DNA of 18,544 nt from IMG/VR virus record IMGVR_UViG_3300045988_133636, positions 1 to 18,544 of that record; one strand, 5' to 3'. A program made the translations under genes and the position numbers. Origin of the DNA: a virus. Below the pieces are notes generated by a model. It was not told the origin of the DNA. It saw nothing but the letters and a program-made list of their open reading frames with translations, and ran no database searches. Below, one piece after another: positions 6,041 through 13,461 of this stretch (position 1 is the stretch's first letter; each line of letters starts with the position of its first letter).

Positions 6041-8437
6041 ATGTTAAATTATAGTTATTATCAGGAAAATGTGAATAGTCAATTTAATTATATAATATCT
6101 AAAGTTAAAGAAAAAAGACTTGAGGAAATAAGAGAAGATATTTCTGAAAATCAACAAATATTAAATAATATTAAAGCTAATATAGATAAATATATATTAT
6201 TTGATGAAAAATTACCATATCCTGAAACACTAATAAAAACTAAAAAATCTTATTCCGCTGACTTAGAAACGACTACAAAAGTAAATGAAAATGGAGAAAT
6301 ATATACATTTGCTTATGCTTGTGGTTTTATGGAAGTTAATAAGAAAAATCAACTTATTCATAGTAATAATATTTCTGATTTTGTGGACAACCTAGAAAAT
6401 TTACCAGCCTTAAATTCAGAAATGTATTTTCATAATTTAACGTTCGACTTAACATTTATCTTAATTGAATTAATTAAACGTGGTTATGAACCTATTATAC
6501 CGCATTTTTTAGATATTGAAGAAATAAAAAATTGTAAAGTAACTGGTGATGGTACAGTAGATAAAGAATTATTTATAACTAAAGAAATGGATTATAAAAA
6601 TAAAGATATAAAACCATATTCATTTGATTATATTTTCGCTAATGGCTCATTTTATGAATGTACTATTTATTTTGATGAAAGAAGAATTTTAAAGAACGGA
6701 AAACATGAAACTGTTACAAAAAAATTAGTATTAAAAGATAGTTTAAAATTAGTTCCTTCAACTTTACAACAATTAGCTGACGGTTATTGTGGTTTAAAAT
6801 TATCTAAAGATGGTATTGACCATGATAAACAAAGACAAGAAGGAAAAGAACACATATTACACCATTCAGAAAAAATTTATTATTATGAAGATATATACGC
6901 ATTAAAAGAATTTATTAGAATTATGATTAAGGAAGGCGTTAATATATCAGGTGAAAATATTAAATTTGATAGAATGACATCAGCTAGTTTTGCATTTAAT
7001 CAATACAAAGAAAGTTTAAAAAAAGAATATGATAATTTTGTAAAATTAGGTGAATACCCTTCATGTGATGAATTTGTAGAAATATTTTCTGAGTTATCAT
7101 TAAAGTATGCTGACAGAAAAAATGGACCATCTAAGGAAAAAATATTCAGGGCTGTTTTTCCAGTTTTATCAGCTCAACAAGACGGATTTATAAGAGAAAG
7201 TTATTTCGGTGGAATAACAATGAAAAATAAAAGGTTATTAGCTGAATTAGAAGAAATTAATTATAAGGAAAATATTAATAAACAAAATAGTAATTTAGGT
7301 ATGTATGGGGTAACTTATGATGAAAATTCAATGTACCCTGATAAAATGAATAGGTCTTTATTACCTTATGGTAGACCCAAAAATTTTAATGGAAACTATG
7401 AGGATTTAGAAGATTCTATTAAATCAAAATATCCTTTATATATTCAGAAAATTAGAGTTAAATATTTTAACTTAAAACCTGATGGAATACCAATGCAACA
7501 ATTAAGAAACTCAGTCGACTTTAACGGTAGAGAATTTATAGAAAGTAATTATTGTGAAAAATATGATAATTATGTTACTTATACATTAGTTTTAACTAAC
7601 GTTCATTTAAAAGATTTTTTTAGAAATTATGAGGTTGACGGAATAGAATACTTAGGTGGTTTATGTTTTAAAGGTACTCATGGTTTATTTAAATCATTTA
7701 TTGAAAAATGGTATAAAATTAAACAAGAAAATAAAGGTGTTGTTAAATTAGTATCAAAGTTAATATTAAATTCTTGTTATGGTAAATTTGCAAGTAATCC
7801 TGTTCGTTCTTTCAGATTTATTAACTTAAATGATGATATTTTAGATGTATCTAAATATGATTACGAGGGGGAGGAAATAAACTATTTTGAAAGTTCTATT
7901 TATACCGCTGTAGGTTCTTTTATAACTTCTTACGCTAGAGAAGATTTATTACAGATGTTACACAATAATTTTGATAGATGGTTATATGCGGACACTGATT
8001 CTTGCCATTTATTGGGATTTGATGATGCAAAAGGGGACAAGCTAGACATTAACAACACTGGTGAATTAGGATTATGGAAAAGAGAATGTTATTTCTCAGA
8101 TTCTATCTTTTTAGGTGCTAAAAGATACGCTGAAAATGAAATTAAATCAAAAGAAAATTTAAAATTAAATAGTAAATGGGAAATAAAGTGTTGTGGGCTT
8201 CCAAAAAATATAATGTCAAAAATAGATATAAAATCATTTGGATTTATTGACCCCTCAATCAATGAGGATGAATTATTTACAAGTGATGATAAAGAAGATT
8301 ACCATTACTATAAAGATAAAAATTGCACTGAGAAAGTAGTTGGTATATGGCAAAGTAGAAAGAAAAAAAGTGTTAAAGGTGGGATAATAATTAAATCGCA
8401 ACCTTATAAATTAAATAGTGCTTTTTATTTAAGATAA
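6041..8437 (+). CDS. Protein-primed family-B DNA polymerase (798 aa)
   Basis: Motifs read directly: Exo I ADLETTT, Exo II YFHNLTFDL, Exo III YYYED, motif A DENSMYP, motif B KLILNSCYGKF, motif C YADTDS, and KxY GAKRYA. All parallel the phi29 gp2 motifs. Confidence 0.95.
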   Translation: MLNYSYYQENVNSQFNYIISKVKEKRLEEIREDISENQQILNNIKANIDKYILFDEKLPYPETLIKTKKSYSADLETTTKVNENGEIYTFAYACGFMEVNKKNQLIHSNNISDFVDNLENLPALNSEMYFHNLTFDLTFILIELIKRGYEPIIPHFLDIEEIKNCKVTGDGTVDKELFITKEMDYKNKDIKPYSFDYIFANGSFYECTIYFDERRILKNGKHETVTKKLVLKDSLKLVPSTLQQLADGYCGLKLSKDGIDHDKQRQEGKEHILHHSEKIYYYEDIYALKEFIRIMIKEGVNISGENIKFDRMTSASFAFNQYKESLKKEYDNFVKLGEYPSCDEFVEIFSELSLKYADRKNGPSKEKIFRAVFPVLSAQQDGFIRESYFGGITMKNKRLLAELEEINYKENINKQNSNLGMYGVTYDENSMYPDKMNRSLLPYGRPKNFNGNYEDLEDSIKSKYPLYIQKIRVKYFNLKPDGIPMQQLRNSVDFNGREFIESNYCEKYDNYVTYTLVLTNVHLKDFFRNYEVDGIEYLGGLCFKGTHGLFKSFIEKWYKIKQENKGVVKLVSKLILNSCYGKFASNPVRSFRFINLNDDILDVSKYDYEGEEINYFESSIYTAVGSFITSYAREDLLQMLHNNFDRWLYADTDSCHLLGFDDAKGDKLDINNTGELGLWKRECYFSDSIFLGAKRYAENEIKSKENLKLNSKWEIKCCGLPKNIMSKIDIKSFGFIDPSINEDELFTSDDKEDYHYYKDKNCTEKVVGIWQSRKKKSVKGGIIIKSQPYKLNSAFYLR

Positions 8438-8450
8438 TTTTTAAAAAGTA

Positions 8451-8479
8451 TTGACATTACCCCCAATTAATGATAACAT
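8451..8479 (+). promoter_or_regulatory. Extended -10 promoter
   Basis: TTGACA (8451-8456), then TGATAACAT (8471-8479), read as TG-n-TAACAT with a 17-nt spacer. The string TGATAACATATA is shared with the promoter at 9104. Confidence 0.65.
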
Positions 8480-8530
8480 ATAGTTAGTTGAAAAATAGGG
8501 GATTAATTCCCCTTTAAGGAGGTTTACAAA

Positions 8531-8827
8531 ATGAAAAGAAAAAAGATTACTGACGTTGAAAAAGAACTTGAGTTATTAGAAGTTAGATTAGATGTTTATT
8601 CATCATTAAAAAATGCTTTATTTGAATTAGGATTACAAGACTATTACGTCACTGATGATATAGAAGATTTAAATGACAGAATAGAAAAATCGAAATTATC
8701 TTGTCAACAAATTTGTTTAAATTTAAGGGAACAAATACCTAACATTGAAAGTAATGTGAAGTTTAGAAAACTTATTAAAAAACATAACTTTGAATATTAT
8801 TCATCCCATTTTAAAGGAGGATTTTAA
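8531..8827 (+). CDS. Hypothetical protein (98 aa)
   Basis: AAGGAGG RBS. A small AGGGGA/TCCCCT hairpin (8497-8513) lies in its leader. No motif recognised. Confidence 0.75.
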   Translation: MKRKKITDVEKELELLEVRLDVYSSLKNALFELGLQDYYVTDDIEDLNDRIEKSKLSCQQICLNLREQIPNIESNVKFRKLIKKHNFEYYSSHFKGGF

Positions 8828-8829
8828 AA

Positions 8830-9126
8830 TTGAATAAAAATGATAGATTAAAATTAATGAAGGTTTTTGATAATATTTGTAAAAACAATCAGTATGTTCA
8901 ACACTATAAAGGTTGTAGAATAATATCATATAATGACCCCGAACATGAAAATGTAATATTTCAATTTCATCATAATTGTAATGATTTTTGTTATGCACAT
9001 ACTTTTATTTTAAATGATTTTTATAATAATATTGATTTAGATTCTTTCATTGAATATTATAATTTAAGCTTAGAAATTTTTAGAGAAAAACTTCAAAATT
9101 ATATTGACAATAATCTTATAGTATGA
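8830..9126 (+). CDS. Hypothetical protein (98 aa, Cys/His-rich)
   Basis: TTG start 9 nt after GGAGG (8816-8820), coupled to the previous stop. No motif recognised. Confidence 0.65.
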   Translation: MNKNDRLKLMKVFDNICKNNQYVQHYKGCRIISYNDPEHENVIFQFHHNCNDFCYAHTFILNDFYNNIDLDSFIEYYNLSLEIFREKLQNYIDNNLIV

Positions 9127-9132
9127 TAACAT
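9104..9132 (+). promoter_or_regulatory. Extended -10 promoter inside the 3' end of the preceding ORF
   Basis: TTGACA (9104-9109), 17-nt spacer including TG (9124-9125), TAACAT (9127-9132). The -10 block TGATAACATATA is the same as at 8471. Confidence 0.6.
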
Positions 9133-9168
9133 ATAATTAAAGAAAGAGATAAATTGGAGGTAATTAAA

Positions 9169-9366
9169 ATGACAAATTGTGAAGTTGGATTTGAACAAAT
9201 TAAATTCTCATGTGAGAAAGGTAACAAACATGGAATGGATAAAAAAGGTTGGTTAGAATTATATGGAAAATGTAAGGTTTTAGAGTTTCAATGTTTCCAA
9301 GCTAGTGACCCAATAGTGTACAAAGTTCAATCATTAATAGAAGATATTGAAAAAGAAATATTATAA
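9169..9366 (+). CDS. Hypothetical protein (65 aa)
   Basis: The ATG at 9169 has GGAGG (9156-9160) 8 nt upstream. The track start at 9154 is a TTG lying inside that RBS. Confidence 0.7.
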   Translation: MTNCEVGFEQIKFSCEKGNKHGMDKKGWLELYGKCKVLEFQCFQASDPIVYKVQSLIEDIEKEIL

Positions 9367-9395
9367 AAAAGGAGGGAAAATTTTCCCTCCTTTTT
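9365..9395. terminator. Bidirectional rho-independent terminator where the two arms converge
   Basis: AAAAAAGGAGGGAAAA pairs with TTTTCCCTCCTTTTT. A-run and T-run flanks give a U tract on both strands. Confidence 0.85.
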
Positions 9396-9398
9396 ATA

Positions 9399-9414
9399 TG
9401 TTTCACGTGAAACA
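9399..9414. promoter_or_regulatory. Perfect 16-bp palindrome TGTTTCACGTGAAACA, copy 3
   Basis: Exact copy immediately after the bidirectional terminator. Confidence 0.9.
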
Positions 9415-9424
9415 TTTATTTAAT

Positions 9425-9440
9425 TGTTTCACGTGAAACA
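9425..9440. promoter_or_regulatory. Perfect 16-bp palindrome TGTTTCACGTGAAACA, copy 4
   Basis: Exact copy, 26 bp from copy 3, ending 1 nt before the endolysin stop codon (9442-9444). An extra half-site GTGAAACA lies at 9455-9462. Confidence 0.9.
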
Positions 9441-9441
9441 T

Positions 9442-10116
9442 TTATATTTTCTCAGTGAAACAATATAATCCTAAATCATTTTTTATTTTACTTTCAGCTT
9501 TTTCAGCTTCTTCTTTAGTTCTAAATCTTTGAACAACTACACGGTAAAAATCAGGTTCATTTTCTAAAGGGATAGAAGGGTCAACCGCATGACATAAAGC
9601 CCTTGTTAATGTTTCATATGGACAAGGTGACCATATATTAATATCTTTTTGACTATCACAAAAACAAGTTTCAAAGATAATATTTGGTGCGTCTAAGTCT
9701 TTCATTTCCCACTGATTACCTACCTTAACACCTCTATTAAAGAAGCCTAATTTTGAATATTCTTCACATATTCTTTCAGCGACATTCCAAACTCTTGAAC
9801 CATTGGCAACTAAGCACTCAACCCCAAAAGCTTTACCGTTATAAGAGTTCATATGAAGTGATATAAATATATCAACACCAGCACTATTAGCTTTATTTAT
9901 TCCCTCATAAACTTCTGCCCTTTCTGTACTTGCATTTGAATTACAATCAATTACTGTATGACCATATTTCTCAAAACATTCTTTAACATATTGATAATAA
10001 ACTTTCATAGTAGTATGTTCATTTCTTAAACCTATTGCTCCCAAACAGTTTGGAGAATGACCAGCCCTTAAACCTATTCTTAATTTTCTACTTTTTAAAA
10101 TATCATCTAAATACAT
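9442..10116 (-). CDS. Endolysin, N-acetylmuramoyl-L-alanine amidase (Amidase_3 type) with short SPOR-like C-terminal segment (224 aa)
   Basis: AGGAGG RBS. The pattern RAGHSPN..G, DIFISLHMNS, GVECL, NRGVK, IIFETCFCD follows CD27L/PlyPSA-type Amidase_3 catalytic domains. The last 35 aa or so (YRVVVQRFRTKEEAEKAESKIKNDLGLYCF) look like one beta-alpha-beta SPOR half-repeat. Confidence 0.85.
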   Translation of the reverse strand: MYLDDILKSRKLRIGLRAGHSPNCLGAIGLRNEHTTMKVYYQYVKECFEKYGHTVIDCNSNASTERAEVYEGINKANSAGVDIFISLHMNSYNGKAFGVECLVANGSRVWNVAERICEEYSKLGFFNRGVKVGNQWEMKDLDAPNIIFETCFCDSQKDINIWSPCPYETLTRALCHAVDPSIPLENEPDFYRVVVQRFRTKEEAEKAESKIKNDLGLYCFTEKI

Positions 10117-10194
10117 TTTTAAAAACCTCCTAAATTATTATATTTGTCGATTTGTCTGATTTGGCACATTTCACAATTTTGCCCCGTTTTTGGA

Positions 10195-10242
10195 AGCCCT
10201 TCGGGCGTATCCTCACCCTGTGAGGATATTCGCCCGTGGGCT
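10195..10242 (-). other. 48-nt G+C-rich imperfect hairpin (20 bp) in the lower collar-endolysin intergenic region
   Basis: AGCCC/GGGCT + CGGGCG/CGCCCG + TATCCTCAC/GTGAGGATA with a 3-nt loop. 30 of 48 bases are G/C in an AT-rich genome. There is no flanking U tract on either strand. Confidence 0.8.
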
Positions 10243-10249
10243 AGATTAA

Positions 10250-10984
10250 TTACATAAATAACATAAATAAGTTTTCGCATTCTTCAAGATACATTTCAAA
10301 AATATTTATTAATACACTTCTCCATTTTTCTAATAATTCTGCTGAACTTGTTACACCTATGTTACCCTGAGAAATTAACTCAGTTTTTTCCAATTCTTTT
10401 CCCTTTTCATCTTCTTTTAATTTACCATTTGTTACAGAATTACTTGTATTGGTAGATGTATTTTTTGATGTGTTAGTAGAGTTTGAATTTGCTGTTATAT
10501 TTTCAATATTTTCATTTGTAATATAACCTTCACCTACTCTTGCTAAGGCTCCATCAATAGAACTTTCTTTACCATTGGATGAAGAGGAACTATTTTCCTT
10601 ATTCAGTATTTCATTTAATGTATCATCATTTGATTTTAAATTATTTTCATTTTCATTAAGTTGATTTTTATTATTTTCAGTTTGTAACTCTCTGATAAAA
10701 GTTTCTTTTAAATCCTTATTTAATAAGAAATCAATTTTTTTAGAAGCAAGTTCTGTTTCATATAATTGCTTATAATATGGGGCTATTCTATTAAGTGTAG
10801 CCATTAATCTTTGTTGGAATCTTCTTACAGTTTCAAAACCTATTTCATGAAAATAAAAATGTTCAATAAATCTCTGTTCAAAAACTCCTTTTAAATCTTC
10901 ATCTATAAAGTCATATGGAAAAGCAAAAATATTAAAATTCGGGTCTTCTGCTAAATATCTGAGTTCTAACGTGAATTTACTCAT
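10250..10984 (-). CDS. Lower collar protein, phi29 gp11-like (244 aa)
   Basis: I prefer the ATG at 10984, which has an AGGTGA RBS and overlaps the portal stop by 8 nt, over the track start at 11017. The N-terminal FHEIGFETVRRFQQRL..IAPYYKQLY block resembles lower-collar proteins of phi29-like phages, as recalled from memory. The gene lies directly after the portal gene. The centre is an S/N/T-rich low-complexity segment. Confidence 0.65.
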   Translation of the reverse strand: MSKFTLELRYLAEDPNFNIFAFPYDFIDEDLKGVFEQRFIEHFYFHEIGFETVRRFQQRLMATLNRIAPYYKQLYETELASKKIDFLLNKDLKETFIRELQTENNKNQLNENENNLKSNDDTLNEILNKENSSSSSNGKESSIDGALARVGEGYITNENIENITANSNSTNTSKNTSTNTSNSVTNGKLKEDEKGKELEKTELISQGNIGVTSSAELLEKWRSVLINIFEMYLEECENLFMLFM

Positions 10985-11897
10985 GTATTTCTTCACCTTC
11001 TCCTTTTTCAAATTCATTTTTTTCTTGTGGAGGGTCTAATAAATCCCTAACTTTTATTACTGAAATATCTAAACCAAACATTTCATTAATTTTTTTACAA
11101 GCTTCTTTTCTCATTTTATAAGCGACATCAAGGTTATTTAAAATATAACCATTATTAATGTTAACTTCATCCACTAACAATCTTTCTCTTTTATCCTGAT
11201 TAGAGTTGTTATTTATTCCTAAAACATCTAATAAATCACTTTCAATTTCATGTTTTGCTTCATTTAATTTATCGATTAAAAACTCTGCTTTAGTATTTAA
11301 AACTTCTATTATAAAATCGTCTTTTCTTTTATTTCCTAAGCCCTTATCTTGTAGAATATATTCGTCACGTTCAATCATTTCCATAAATTTCTGAGCTGAA
11401 AGTTGCATATCTTTAGTTGTGTTTATAATGTAAGGTCGTCTTTGTTGTTTAGTATTTAATTTAATTGTTTTATCTATTTCAGAAATTAATTCTGTAAAAT
11501 GGTAAACATGATTAATAATAGGGTATCTTAAATCATTTTCAAATATTGGTACCCCCTCATCAACGTTTTTAGTTTCATTAATTCCGTTGAATCCGTAAGT
11601 AGTATAATCCACCCAATCTCCGTAAACATCAGGTGTATTTATTCCATAAGCTGGTAAACATCTAAACACCCCCGATTTATCTTTAAAAAACATTGCGACA
11701 CCAGTTAAATATAAAGCCTGTTCAATATGTCTACTTTCAACACCTTCGGGTAAATTCTCCCATCTGAACCTATTCATTGCTAAAGTTTGATATTGGTTTA
11801 ATAATCTAAACCAGTTAAAGTTATCTATGCAACAAGTCATATTTCCACGACCCGTTGCAACTAATAAATTATGAAATCCTGATGTTGTACTACTCAT
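10977..11897 (-). CDS. Upper collar / portal (connector) protein, phi29 gp10-like (306 aa)
   Basis: It contains NRFRWENLPEGVESRHIEQALYLTGVAMFF and PDVYGDW blocks typical of phi29-family connectors. Size is close to phi29 gp10 (309 aa). Confidence 0.8.
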   Translation of the reverse strand: MSSTTSGFHNLLVATGRGNMTCCIDNFNWFRLLNQYQTLAMNRFRWENLPEGVESRHIEQALYLTGVAMFFKDKSGVFRCLPAYGINTPDVYGDWVDYTTYGFNGINETKNVDEGVPIFENDLRYPIINHVYHFTELISEIDKTIKLNTKQQRRPYIINTTKDMQLSAQKFMEMIERDEYILQDKGLGNKRKDDFIIEVLNTKAEFLIDKLNEAKHEIESDLLDVLGINNNSNQDKRERLLVDEVNINNGYILNNLDVAYKMRKEACKKINEMFGLDISVIKVRDLLDPPQEKNEFEKGEGEEIHE

Positions 11898-12150
11898 TTA
11901 CTTTCACCCTTTTTATAATATTTGCTAAATCTTTTCTAACTTCTCCAAGTTCATTTTTGATAATGTCTTGATACTTGTCCTCTCTTTTATAACTCTCTTG
12001 TAACAATTCCTTATATTGTTGTTCTTGTCTTAATTCTCTTTCTTTGTTTTCATCTAATATTCGTGTTACCCATTGATAACCAGCATATGCAACACCTATT
12101 AATATAGCTGGTATAATACCGAAATTTGTTATCATTTCTCCTAAGTCCAT
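11890..12150 (-). CDS. Holin-like single-pass membrane protein (86 aa)
   Basis: AGGAG RBS. There is one N-terminal hydrophobic span (ITNFGIIPAILIGVAYAGYQWV) followed by a charged coiled-coil tail, a BhlA/UviB-like topology. It is the only obvious holin candidate in the late arm. Confidence 0.5.
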   Translation of the reverse strand: MDLGEMITNFGIIPAILIGVAYAGYQWVTRILDENKERELRQEQQYKELLQESYKREDKYQDIIKNELGEVRKDLANIIKRVKVNE

Positions 12151-12174
12151 TTTTTTATTCTCCTTTATTAAATT

Positions 12175-13458
12175 TTAATCTCTATATTGTCTTTCAGCGT
12201 TATCCTTTGAATAATCCCCCACGCTATATACCGCCATATCATCAACGTGCCATAACCTGATACCACGTTCAAAAATTCCTTTTAATTCTTCTAAATGAGA
12301 TTGAGGAATATTTTTAGTTTTCATATTACATTGAAGCATTTTTACGTAATTGTAATTTAATCTACTTCTTAAATCAGGTTTCATCATTTTATTTTGTTTG
12401 TAACCATATAAAGCAAAATAATCGCCTAATCTTTGAGCGTATTCCTCAGTTATTCCGAATCGATATAATTTGACTTTTCTGTCATTATTTCTCAAACCAT
12501 ACATTATATTAGAACCTTGAGAAACTAAAGTGTTAGGAGCTGTTTTCATGTCACTACTTTTTGCTAAATTAGATTGAATAATATTTTGTTTATTGTCGGA
12601 CCACGTTTCTATGTTTTTCCTTGTATTCATATCTCTTTCAAAGTAATTATAAACACCTGACATTCCAGCCTTAATCCCTCCAATAGGATTAAGTGAAAGG
12701 ATAGAACCAAGTACACCTAAACCACTATCAAAAGTACCAGCATATTTTCCTATTTGTTCGGCTTCCTGATTGTATTTATAATCCCTATTGTTATTAATTA
12801 AACTAGCTTTAACCGCTTGTTGAGTTTGGTTTTTACTTGTTGCTATCCAATTAGCGTATTGACTTTCAGTTGAAGGTAATTCGTTACCATCTGTTGACAC
12901 TAAAGCTTCTATAAAACCGTGTGTATCACCTTTATAATTTTGTACAAAAAATGAATAACTTCCACGTTCTGATAAGCTAAGTTTAACGCCTAAATCACAT
13001 TCATACGGACATAATTCAGGCTTTAAAACCAATGGTGGATTTAATCCATCTGAAATATGAATGAAAGAATAAGGAAATTGAAGTAATTTACTTTCATTTT
13101 TCCAGTGTCTTTCCATTATAAACTTACGCTCGGGGTACGTTTTAAATTTAGCAATAAATTTACTAGGATTTATTAAATTTTTAATTCTGAAAACCATTGG
13201 TTTTGTATTTAATTCAGGTCTTATTTTATCTAATTCCCCAAACCTTTCAGTATCATATGGAATACTTGCTAAATCTAAATCAATCCCTTTTAAAAAAGGC
13301 GTGTAAACAACTGAAACTAAACCAGTAGCGTTACCAATAACTTGAGAATATTGGTCGTCAAAATCAAGTTGATTATCTAAATAATAAAGATAAAAAGCAT
13401 ACGGTAAACCGTTAATTTTATTTTTCCATGTGTCCAGTGCTTCCTCTGTTACTGTCAT
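12175..13458 (-). CDS. Tail knob / distal tail tube protein candidate (427 aa)
   Basis: AGGAGG RBS, tightly coupled to the upstream tail gene. Its position between the capsid and collar genes matches phi29 gp9. No catalytic motif is present. Assignment is mainly by synteny. Confidence 0.5.
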   Translation of the reverse strand: MTVTEEALDTWKNKINGLPYAFYLYYLDNQLDFDDQYSQVIGNATGLVSVVYTPFLKGIDLDLASIPYDTERFGELDKIRPELNTKPMVFRIKNLINPSKFIAKFKTYPERKFIMERHWKNESKLLQFPYSFIHISDGLNPPLVLKPELCPYECDLGVKLSLSERGSYSFFVQNYKGDTHGFIEALVSTDGNELPSTESQYANWIATSKNQTQQAVKASLINNNRDYKYNQEAEQIGKYAGTFDSGLGVLGSILSLNPIGGIKAGMSGVYNYFERDMNTRKNIETWSDNKQNIIQSNLAKSSDMKTAPNTLVSQGSNIMYGLRNNDRKVKLYRFGITEEYAQRLGDYFALYGYKQNKMMKPDLRSRLNYNYVKMLQCNMKTKNIPQSHLEELKGIFERGIRLWHVDDMAVYSVGDYSKDNAERQYRD

Positions 13459-13461
13459 TTT

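Noticed and set aside
3951-9440. Assignment of the palindrome to a known operator family (catabolite cre box, Gram-positive LexA/Cheo box GAAC-N4-GTTC, Rex box TTGTGAA-N4-TTCACAA)
   Set aside because: Half-site sequence and orientation do not match any of these consensus sites when aligned by eye.
10117-10190. TATAAT hexamer upstream of the endolysin RBS as a dedicated lysis promoter
   Set aside because: There is no acceptable -35 box or TG extension at the proper spacing. TATAAT-like hexamers are frequent in this AT-rich sequence.
10195-10242. Intrinsic terminator call for the G+C-rich hairpin
   Set aside because: There is no U tract after the stem on either strand, so it is kept as an unexplained structured element.
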